DNA of 64,000 nucleotides, from assembly GCA_964414945.1 (NCBI GenBank), contig CAYPYJ010000003.1:5895-69894 (forward strand), given 5' to 3'. Shown here piece by piece: positions 56,316 to 63,598 of this stretch (positions within the stretch are counted from its first letter, which is position 1; each line of letters opens with the position of its first letter). Source of the stretch: an uncultured Terracidiphilus sp. (GTDB taxonomy: Bacteria > Acidobacteriota > Terriglobia > Terriglobales > Acidobacteriaceae). The position numbers and the translations under genes are program-made. Under the pieces are notes generated by a model. It was given only the letters and a program-made list of their open reading frames with translations, ran no database searches and was not told the origin of the DNA.

Positions 56316-56538
56316 TTATTGGCTCCTCGCTCTTTTGGGTTACAGTAAAGCGTTTTGTGATTCAAAACCAAAGCATTGAGAAGGGCACACATGTTCTCAC
56401 TAGAGGCCCACAGAATGTCACATTGTATTTTTGCGCGACATGAACCTGCACCGTAGCGCGGATTTTGAAGTTTTCAGCTATAGCCACATGAGACTGTTGC
56501 ATTTTACAGCAACATCACTTTCTTCAGCAATCAATTTT

Positions 56539-56630
56539 GGCGGGTGGCGCACCCTTGATTCCTCACCAGTGAGGGTGCCCCATCCTTGAATCGTTCTTTA
56601 ATCCAAGGGTGGGAAACCGCCAACCCTAAC
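56539..56630 (+). repeat. REP-like palindromic element, copy D
   Basis: GGCGGGTGGCGC...GAGGGTGCCCC, then arm CCCATCCTTGAAT (56579-56591), a loop containing GTTCTTT, arm ATCCAAGGGTGGG (56601-56613), then AAACCGCCAACCCTAACGCG. The outer stem and loop match copies A-C, while the inner stem differs but stays complementary. Confidence 0.7.
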
Positions 56631-56635
56631 GCGAG

Positions 56636-57823
56636 TCACCGGAACAAATGCGGCACAAAACAACTGGTGTTGTTGGTGACGAGGCCGGTTGACTCGCGGA
56701 CGCCCATGCCGGCTGGTTCACCATCCACCAGCCAGGAGCCGAAGACAGCAGTCTTGCCGTTGGCTGTGGCCATCGGAGCCAGCGCCTGATAGACGTATCC
56801 CTGCTCATTCTCGCCGGTCAGCACGCCTTCCACGGCCACTCCGTCGCGGACCACGGCGATGCCCGCGCCTTCGCGTCCGAAGATCGGTTTGCGCACGTAG
56901 CTGGTCAGCTCATGCGGGCCGTCCAAATAGGCCGGCAGCAGCAGATCGTGGCCGGGATTCAGCTCCCAAAGAATGGCCAGCAGCGCCTTGTTCGACCACA
57001 TCATCTTCCAGATCGGCTCAATCCACAGCATTGAACCCCACTGGCGGCGATCCTTGCGCGGACCGTACTCCTGCAACGCGGCCTGCGGCGGCAGCGTGCT
57101 GAGCGCCTGCTGGGCAAACGGCTCGTTGAGCAGCCACTCCCAGGGGTAGAGCTTGAAGAGCGTTTCCATGACACGGTTATTGAGATCGACAAAGCGCAGG
57201 CGCTTCGCGTCCCAGCCAATTTCGTGCATCGCGATGTGGCGCGTCTTCAGGCCGCCTTGCTGGGCGGTGTCTTGCAGGTAGCTGACCGTCATGCGGTCTT
57301 CTTCGCTGCCGCCGTCGGCAAAGTATACCCCGGATGGAATGTAATCCTTCAGGTCCTTCCACTTGGCAATCAATTTCTCGTGCAGCGAGTTGAATTGATC
57401 GGCGTCTTTGTAGCACTCTTCCAGCCAGTACCACTGCGCCACGGCGGCTTCCACCAATCCGGTGGGCGTGTCGGCGTTGTACTCCAGCAGCTTGATCGTG
57501 GTACCGTCGTAGGCCAGATCGAGCCGTCCGTAGAGCGCGGGAGGCTCGCTGTTCCATGCCGCGCGAATGGCCGGAGCAGCCTCCGCCGGAATGCCCATCT
57601 GCGCCAGACGGTCCTGATTAAGGATGATGTCTCCGGCGGCCAGAGCCAGCCGCTGCACTTCGGCAGTGGCCGCCTCCAGGCGGTCGATCTCCGAAGAGCG
57701 AAACTCCCAGTAGGCCGACTCATCCCAATACGGAGTGCCATTTTCCAACGTGTGATACGTCAGGCCGACGCGCTCAACGCGTGCCTGCCAATCGCTGCGC
57801 GGTTCTATGATTACACGACGCAT
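56636..57823 (-). CDS. Glutathionylspermidine-synthase-family ATP-grasp protein (YgiC/YjfC-like)
   Basis: MRRVIIEPRSDWQARVERVGLTYHTLENGTPYWDESAYWEF is a typical family N-terminus; LYGRLDLAYDG...IKLLEYNADTPTG is also present. Length 395 aa. Confidence 0.8.
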   Translation of the reverse strand: MRRVIIEPRSDWQARVERVGLTYHTLENGTPYWDESAYWEFRSSEIDRLEAATAEVQRLALAAGDIILNQDRLAQMGIPAEAAPAIRAAWNSEPPALYGRLDLAYDGTTIKLLEYNADTPTGLVEAAVAQWYWLEECYKDADQFNSLHEKLIAKWKDLKDYIPSGVYFADGGSEEDRMTVSYLQDTAQQGGLKTRHIAMHEIGWDAKRLRFVDLNNRVMETLFKLYPWEWLLNEPFAQQALSTLPPQAALQEYGPRKDRRQWGSMLWIEPIWKMMWSNKALLAILWELNPGHDLLLPAYLDGPHELTSYVRKPIFGREGAGIAVVRDGVAVEGVLTGENEQGYVYQALAPMATANGKTAVFGSWLVDGEPAGMGVRESTGLVTNNTSCFVPHLFR

Positions 57824-58090
57824 TTACTCTCCCCCTGCTCCGCCGTGGCCGCCACCGGTTCCGCCAAAGCCGCCGCGAGAGACGCTGCCGCCGATCACTG
57901 TATCGCCCACGTGGCCGCCGCTCGATCCGCCATAGATATAGTGTGATCCGTATGTTCCCGCACTGCATGTGGAGTCGGGCAGCAGGCGGCCTTGCGGGTC
58001 AACGCAATCGCGCCGCTGGCTGCGGCAGGCAGTCATTGAAAGCGCGATGGCAGCAAGTAGGGTGAGTTGAACTTCTCGGGATTTACGCAT
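57824..58090 (-). CDS. Small Gly-rich lipoprotein, DUF1190 (YgiB/YjfM)-like
   Basis: The ATG at 58090 gives MRKSREVQLTLLAAIALSMTAC (lipobox-like). The C-terminal SRGGFGGTGGGHGGAGGE resembles the RGGFG tail of YgiB. Its stop codon directly abuts the start of the YgiC-like gene. The ORF track starts at 58126. Confidence 0.5.
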   Translation of the reverse strand: MRKSREVQLTLLAAIALSMTACRSQRRDCVDPQGRLLPDSTCSAGTYGSHYIYGGSSGGHVGDTVIGGSVSRGGFGGTGGGHGGAGGE

Positions 58091-58151
58091 GATGGCTTTG
58101 CGCACAAGAATACAGAAGATGGGCACAAATTTACAAGCCGCCGCTTAACGT

Positions 58152-59183
58152 CTAATTGCGAATCCCGGCCAGCAACCCTTCAATTTCAATCTTCTCCGCT
58201 GCGGTAATCTGCAGCAGCGGAGCGCGCGTGCGTCCGCCGTAGTAGGCGTTGAAATCGCAGGCGTACTTCAATCCGCTCATGCCCAACTGGCTCACTATGC
58301 GCTGGCTCGCTGCCAGGATGCGCTGATGCTTTTCCTTGGCAAGATTAAAGTCGCGATCTTTCCAAGCCAGATAAACTTCCTGGCAGGCTTCGGGAGCGAA
58401 AGAAGCAAATGCGAGAATGCTTCCAGAGGCTCCTGCATCCAGCGAATCAAGCAGCGTGGCCGTCGATCCACCCAGCACCTGAAAGCCAACTTCTTTACTG
58501 CGTGTCTTGATCGGCGCAGCCGTTGCGGTTGCGCCGCCAATCGAAACCAACGCATCGCTTGTCACGGTCTTGGGCGCCAGCATTCTTCCCGTCACCGCTT
58601 CAAAAATCGGCGTTACAGTAACTGTCCGACGCAGAGTGTTGCTCACACCCGCCACCAGTTCGCGAATCCGTTCAACGCTGCCGCTGGAGTCCTTGATTGC
58701 AATGATGTTGCGGTGCTCCGCCAAATCGGCAACCACTTCAACAGGAATGTTGTAGGGCACGCATTGCGGAATGTTGTAGAGAATCACCGGCAGCGGCGAG
58801 CGGTCGGCCACGCTGCGAAAGTAATTCAGCACAGCCGCCGCGGTCATCTGCTTGGCAAAGTAAGTTGGTGTGCGCACCAAAACGGCGTCGTAACCAAAGT
58901 TGGCCGCAGCCTCCGACAGCGCCACCGTGCCTTTCACGCTCTCACGTCCAACGCCCGCGATCAGCACCTTCTCCGGCGCGGCTGTTTCGGCAGCTGCGCG
59001 CAGCACATCACGGCTCTCTGCATCGTCCAGCATCACCGCCTCGCCCGTGGAACCCAAAACCAGCATCCCGGAAAGAAGACTGCGAGAGTAGCGGGCAATG
59101 TTGGCTTCCATCTTGCGAAGATAGACGCGTTCGTCGGAATAAAACGGCGTGGGAACAGCGGCAAAAATGCCTTCAAGCAGCAT
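58152..59183 (-). CDS. Dihydrodipicolinate synthase / N-acetylneuraminate lyase family protein (DapA-like)
   Basis: GIFAAVPTPF, GMLVLGSTGEAVML and the IAIKDSSG Schiff-base lysine context. It is 343 aa, about 45 aa longer than a typical DapA. Confidence 0.7.
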   Translation of the reverse strand: MLLEGIFAAVPTPFYSDERVYLRKMEANIARYSRSLLSGMLVLGSTGEAVMLDDAESRDVLRAAAETAAPEKVLIAGVGRESVKGTVALSEAAANFGYDAVLVRTPTYFAKQMTAAAVLNYFRSVADRSPLPVILYNIPQCVPYNIPVEVVADLAEHRNIIAIKDSSGSVERIRELVAGVSNTLRRTVTVTPIFEAVTGRMLAPKTVTSDALVSIGGATATAAPIKTRSKEVGFQVLGGSTATLLDSLDAGASGSILAFASFAPEACQEVYLAWKDRDFNLAKEKHQRILAASQRIVSQLGMSGLKYACDFNAYYGGRTRAPLLQITAAEKIEIEGLLAGIRN

Positions 59184-59228
59184 GGGTTTATTGTAATAGC
59201 CAGGAGCTAGCCAAAATCTGGCCGTGCT

Positions 59229-59855
59229 CTATCTGGCTTTTACAGCATCAGCGATGTGCTCTGATGTCTGTTGGCCCAGGTGCTCCATCCTGGAAAGTTC
59301 CATTTTAAAAATGCGGAGCTTCTGCTCCCCCTCGGTCGCTTCCGCTGCTGTGTAGGAACGATGACTTTGGAAATAAGTCACCATATCTAACCACCCTGGC
59401 TGCATACTGCTGGTATTATCCTGATACATTTTGAGGATCTGATAGGCATCCATAAAGCGGAAAACTTCTTCTCTTCTCATGTGAGTCAGTGCGCCGCTCG
59501 ATAAGGCTGATTCCCATTCGCTCGTCGAAAAGAAGTAGAATGCCGGTTTCAATTCGGAAATGCGCTTCTCAAGCTCCGCCGGTTTCTTAGCCAACTCGGG
59601 CATATCGGAGATGATCTGATCCAACTGCATCGCGACCTGGCGTTCGGTCACTAGATCGTGGGATAGGTTGTCCTGATCTCCAAGCAGTTCCGCGCGGCAT
59701 CCCTCGCGCACCACACTCACCTCAACATGCTCACGCCAGCTCTCTCGTATCCCTTCCAGGCCCAAGGCAATCAAAATGCCGATGGTTACAATCAGAATGT
59801 GCTTGGCCATCTCTTTCAGCGAATCAACCCGGCCCATCGGCGCGTGAATATCCAT
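59229..59855 (-). CDS. Hypothetical membrane-anchored protein
   Basis: A 208-aa ORF with a single N-terminal TM helix (HILIVTIGILIALGLEGI) and a helical remainder. No family recognised. Confidence 0.5.
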   Translation of the reverse strand: MDIHAPMGRVDSLKEMAKHILIVTIGILIALGLEGIRESWREHVEVSVVREGCRAELLGDQDNLSHDLVTERQVAMQLDQIISDMPELAKKPAELEKRISELKPAFYFFSTSEWESALSSGALTHMRREEVFRFMDAYQILKMYQDNTSSMQPGWLDMVTYFQSHRSYTAAEATEGEQKLRIFKMELSRMEHLGQQTSEHIADAVKAR

Positions 59856-59909
59856 CTCTGAATCCTCCTTAAAGCACTCTTGGAATCAGAATCAGCATAC
59901 CGCAGACGC

Positions 59910-60452
59910 TCAAGCCGCCGCTGCTTTTATTTCTTCAATTTGCATCGCGTGGCGAGCAGGATGCACCGCCATCAGCAATAGAAGTTCGTGGCAGTTTACC
60001 GTTCCAATAAGAGGATGCAGGGCAGTTTTGGATCGAAGGTCTTCTTGATTTGAGTTGATGAACTGAGTCGTCCGCTCCCGGCTGGCCCGGAAATGTTGAA
60101 CCGCATCGGAAAGGATAGAGAATCGCCCTGCCGGTAGTGTGCAATCAGGAGACTCTCTCCGTATGGTTCGATCCGCTCCACGCGTCAAAATAATAACTTC
60201 CCTCTGCTCGATGATCAGCGGTATTTCTGCCTGCTTCGACGCAAGAATCAGTGAGAAGAGATACTCTTCTACCACGGCTACATGCTCTGCGCATTGCAGA
60301 ATCGACCACTTTCCCGGGCCAGGGGAGCGTATCGCCAACTCGTCCGTCACTTCATGCAATGCCGCAAGCAGGAGCGCAGACCCTTTTTCCAGAGTAGCCA
60401 GAATCTCTTGCGGTTCGTTGTCCATCATGAGGAATATTTTATGCAATCTCAC
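59910..60452 (-). CDS. DinB-family (DinB_2) protein
   Basis: Four-helix-bundle His pattern: CAEHVAVVEEY ... HPARHAMQIEEI. Confidence 0.65.
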   Translation of the reverse strand: MRLHKIFLMMDNEPQEILATLEKGSALLLAALHEVTDELAIRSPGPGKWSILQCAEHVAVVEEYLFSLILASKQAEIPLIIEQREVIILTRGADRTIRRESPDCTLPAGRFSILSDAVQHFRASRERTTQFINSNQEDLRSKTALHPLIGTVNCHELLLLMAVHPARHAMQIEEIKAAAA

Positions 60453-60526
60453 TCGCGAAACTCTGCCCGACTCCGGTACTTACCCTTGAAGCATAAGGAA
60501 AGCGCCGTTGGTCGCATCGCAGGTGC

Positions 60527-61054
60527 CTATTTCCAGCTATCGTATTCCATCTGTGTTACCGCATTAGCTTTATTTTTCGAACCGTCGAGCAAGCTAGATA
60601 AAAGTTGTGCCACACTCTGTCCATAACACGGAACAGTCACCTCAGCCGCAATTTCGTTCAGCGGGATTAGAACAAAAGCTCGCTCTGCCAGACGAGGATG
60701 AGGAATCTCCAAACCAGGCTCGCTGACAATCAACTCACCCAGCAGCAAAATGTCCAGGTCCAGCGTGCGAGGACCATTCGCAATTCCTTCCGTCCGGTCG
60801 CGGCCAAACTCCTGCTCAATCTTCATCAATCCATCCAGCAGCTCTCGTGGTGCGAGTTCCGTTTCCAGCCCCACCACCGCATTCACAAACCGTGGCTGCT
60901 CGGCAAATCCGACCGGTGCAGTGGAGTAAAGCGATGACCGCGCAACCACGCGCCCCAGCGATTCCAGCCGCCAAGCCGCAGCCGTCAGAGTCGCCTCTGG
61001 CGCGCCCGCCACGCTCGGCAGGTTGCCGCCCAATCCAATGTGCGCTGTCCGCAT
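60527..61054 (-). CDS. folK: 2-amino-4-hydroxy-6-hydroxymethyldihydropteridine diphosphokinase
   Basis: AHIGLGGNLPS, GPRTLDLDILLLG and LEIPHPRLAERAFVLIPLNEIA. The ATG at 61054 gives 176 aa; the ORF track extends to 61114. Confidence 0.85.
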   Translation of the reverse strand: MRTAHIGLGGNLPSVAGAPEATLTAAAWRLESLGRVVARSSLYSTAPVGFAEQPRFVNAVVGLETELAPRELLDGLMKIEQEFGRDRTEGIANGPRTLDLDILLLGELIVSEPGLEIPHPRLAERAFVLIPLNEIAAEVTVPCYGQSVAQLLSSLLDGSKNKANAVTQMEYDSWK

Positions 61055-61145
61055 CCATTCCAGAGTATCGCGGAGACCATAGTCTGAACCGGAGGTGATG
61101 CGCAAACCCTCCATCTGCTAGCATCCTCTATGGAGAATCTTCACT

Positions 61146-61397
61146 ATGGATGCCCTTACCAGCACCAGCCTCGGCGCACGGCGCAATGAAGACATCGCGC
61201 TCGATCTGCTCAAGTTCGTAGCTGCCACAGCCGGCGTGGGCCGGCCTGCCGCGCCTTCGACCGGCTTCAGTGGCGCCGCCGGCACCAAGCCCGAAGAGCA
61301 CGTCAACCAGTTGCTCGACCTCTATAGCCGCTGCCTGAAGGCAGTCGAAGGCAATGTCCCTGAGCTGCCGCCTCAGGGCTGGTCGGCGCCGCTGTGA
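61146..61397 (+). CDS. Small hypothetical protein (83 aa)
   Basis: The ORF's stop overlaps the GTG start of the downstream oxidoreductase (GTGA at 61394-61397). It is divergent from folK. Coding status is inferred from this coupling only. Confidence 0.4.
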   Translation: MDALTSTSLGARRNEDIALDLLKFVAATAGVGRPAAPSTGFSGAAGTKPEEHVNQLLDLYSRCLKAVEGNVPELPPQGWSAPL

Positions 61398-62578
61398 GCC
61401 AAGCCCTGCGCGTTGCCGTTGCCGGAACCGGCGCCTTCGGAAAAAATCATCTGCGCGTCTACCGCGAACTGGAAGCGGCGGGCCAGCCCGTCGCTCTGGT
61501 TGCGGCTGTTGAGCCGGACCCGGCCCGAGCCGCGGAAACGGCGGCCAAATACGCGATCCCTGTCTTTGCCTCAGTGGACAAGCTGCTGGCTTCCGATCTC
61601 AAAATCGACGCCGCCACTGTAGCCGTGCCCACCGTGCACCACCATGCAGTCGCTTCAGTATTGCTCGACGCCGGTCTCGATCTGCTGGTTGAAAAGCCGC
61701 TGGCAGCGACGCTCGCCCAAGCCGACGATCTGATTGTGCGCGCCGACAAGGGCCAGCGCATTCTGCAACCCGGCCACCTGGAGCGTTTCAATCCTGCGGT
61801 GCTCGCCGTGCAGCCTCAATTGCGCCGCCCCATGTTCTTTGAGTCGCATCGGCTCTCCATCTTCACGCCGCGCGCGCTCGATGTAGACGTGGTGCTTGAC
61901 CTGATGATTCACGATCTCGACATCGTGCTGACCTTTGCCGATTCGCCTGTGCGCGAGGTGCGGGCCGTTGGCCTGCCCATCCTCTCGCCCAAAGTGGACA
62001 TCGCCAATGTTCGCGTCGAATTTGAGAGCGGCTGCGTGGCCAACTTCACCGCCTCCAGAGTCTCCACTGAACGCGTGCGCAAGCTGCGCTTCTTTGAGCC
62101 CCGCCAGTATGTGTCGATTGATTATGCACGCCAGGATCTGCTGGTCATCAGCATTGAGGCAGGCGCGGCCAAGGTGTCGCCAGCCGAATTGATCGCGTCG
62201 CTGCCGCCGCAGATTGCCGCAATTCTGCCGCCGGGAATCGCAGAGAGTATCGCATCAGGAAAGATCGACCTAGCGAAGGTTGATCCAGCAATGATCACTC
62301 AGTTTGCCGCCATGGCAAAGATCGACCCGTCGGTGATCGCGCAGTTCACAACGCCTGCGCAAGCCGGCTTAAGCTTCTCCAAGCCTCCCGTAACGCCGGG
62401 AGAGCCTCTGCGTTTAGAAATTACTTCTTTTCTAGAGTCCGTCCAGACCCGCCGCGAGCCTCGTGTCACCGCTCGCCAAGGCCGCAATGCGCTCGCTTTG
62501 GCGCTGGAGATTCAGTCTTCGATGGCCGCCCACGCCGAGCGCGCCGGGCTTGGAGACTTCTTCAACCCCAGCGCGTAG
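61394..62578 (+). CDS. Gfo/Idh/MocA-family NAD(P)-dependent oxidoreductase with a repetitive ~75-aa insertion
   Basis: Rossmann N-terminus VAVAGTGAFGKNHLRVY and the EKP motif LLVEKPLA. The insertion is roughly residues 255-330. Confidence 0.75.
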   Translation: MSQALRVAVAGTGAFGKNHLRVYRELEAAGQPVALVAAVEPDPARAAETAAKYAIPVFASVDKLLASDLKIDAATVAVPTVHHHAVASVLLDAGLDLLVEKPLAATLAQADDLIVRADKGQRILQPGHLERFNPAVLAVQPQLRRPMFFESHRLSIFTPRALDVDVVLDLMIHDLDIVLTFADSPVREVRAVGLPILSPKVDIANVRVEFESGCVANFTASRVSTERVRKLRFFEPRQYVSIDYARQDLLVISIEAGAAKVSPAELIASLPPQIAAILPPGIAESIASGKIDLAKVDPAMITQFAAMAKIDPSVIAQFTTPAQAGLSFSKPPVTPGEPLRLEITSFLESVQTRREPRVTARQGRNALALALEIQSSMAAHAERAGLGDFFNPSA

Positions 62579-62606
62579 AACGTGATCAACTTAGGCGCTA
62601 ACAAAA

Positions 62607-62765
62607 ATTCTGGGTGCCCCATCCATTTCGCGTACTTTGCGAAATGGGTGGGATAGCACATAAGCCCATGCGAGCGAATAGCGAGCGATTGGCCACACCG
62701 CAGATGGATGGGATAGCACAACTGTCCATTTCGACCGTAAACACCAGAACTGAAAACGCTGTAGT
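62607..62765 (+). repeat. REP-like palindromic element, copy B (with internal partial duplication)
   Basis: TTCTGGGTGCCCC, then arm CCCATCCATTTCGC (62618-62631), loop GTACTTT, arm GCGAAATGGGTGGG (62639-62652), then ATAGCACA. A ~60-nt insert follows, ending in a second GGATGGGATAGCACA (62706-62720). After that comes ACTGTCCATTTCGACCGTAAACACC, matching the tail of copy A. Confidence 0.8.
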
Positions 62766-62773
62766 ACGGCAGC

Positions 62774-63217
62774 TTACGCAATCTCCAGCACCCGATTCAC
62801 AAACCCCACAACGTACTTCCACATCAGGTAATAACCAGCCAGCGCGCCCAAAAAACACGGCGCAATCAGCGCGTAAGGCACTTCACAAGCATTGAACCAG
62901 GTTGCGCCGTGAGAGCCCAGCACCAGCACGCCCAGGCAAATTGCCGTAGCTGCTCCCAGCGGCATCAGCAGTAGAGGCAATATCGCTCCATGCAGGCCGA
63001 TGGGCAGATGCGTATGCTCGCGCGACCACATCCACAGAACATTCCACAGCCCCCACAGAAGCGGTACAACGGCCATGGGAAAGATGAGCGCCTGTTCGAC
63101 GGGAACCGGCACTTGAAGCACCAGTCGCATCACAACAAATACAAGCAACAGAGGCAGAACAATCGTCGGCACAACGATGCCCGCCAAATAAGCGCGAAGA
63201 TAAGGATGAGTGTTCAT
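62774..63217 (-). CDS. Hypothetical integral membrane protein (about 4 TM helices)
   Basis: A 147-aa, strongly hydrophobic ORF lying downstream, on the same strand, of the sigma/anti-sigma pair. Confidence 0.55.
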   Translation of the reverse strand: MNTHPYLRAYLAGIVVPTIVLPLLLVFVVMRLVLQVPVPVEQALIFPMAVVPLLWGLWNVLWMWSREHTHLPIGLHGAILPLLLMPLGAATAICLGVLVLGSHGATWFNACEVPYALIAPCFLGALAGYYLMWKYVVGFVNRVLEIA

Positions 63218-63285
63218 AACTTCCTCCAGTTCTGCGGGCGTCTCCGCTCGCGGGTTGAGTGCATTTTCACGGATCGCGTTATCTC

Positions 63286-63345
63286 TGGGTGCCCCACCCT
63301 CGCCGCCTTTTTGTTTTTGCGGCTAGGGTGGGATAGCACGGATTA
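63286..63345 (+). repeat. REP-like palindromic element, copy E
   Basis: TGGGTGCCCC, then arm CCCACCCTCGCCGC (63293-63306), T-rich loop CTTTTTGTTTTT, arm GCGGCTAGGGTGGG (63319-63332), then ATAGCACGG. The head and tail match copies A and B, but the inner stem is different and still complementary (13 of 14 pairs). Confidence 0.7.
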
Positions 63346-63364
63346 CGGAACCTGCAATAATGCG

Positions 63365-63598
63365 CTAAAGGTAGTAGAGAAACACAGGAATCGACGCAGG
63401 AAAAAGTACAACCAGCCCAACAAGCCCTGCCGCAAGAGCCCCGTCAAACCATGCCCAGTTAAAGTACGCGCCCTGAGCAGCGGACTTCTCATCCAGCCGC
63501 CGTTTCATTGCAGGCCATAGGTCGCGCCCCGGCTCAGCTTCCGCATCCACCGGCGGCAGCGCTTGTTGCAAAAGCTTCTTCATGCGGTCAATATTCAT
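63365..63598 (-). CDS. Small single-pass membrane protein, putative anti-sigma factor
   Basis: A 77-aa ORF whose start overlaps the stop of the upstream ECF sigma gene (4-nt overlap). It has a C-terminal TM helix (ALAAGLVGLVVLFPASIPVFLYYL). The function is inferred from position only. Confidence 0.4.
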   Translation of the reverse strand: MNIDRMKKLLQQALPPVDAEAEPGRDLWPAMKRRLDEKSAAQGAYFNWAWFDGALAAGLVGLVVLFPASIPVFLYYL

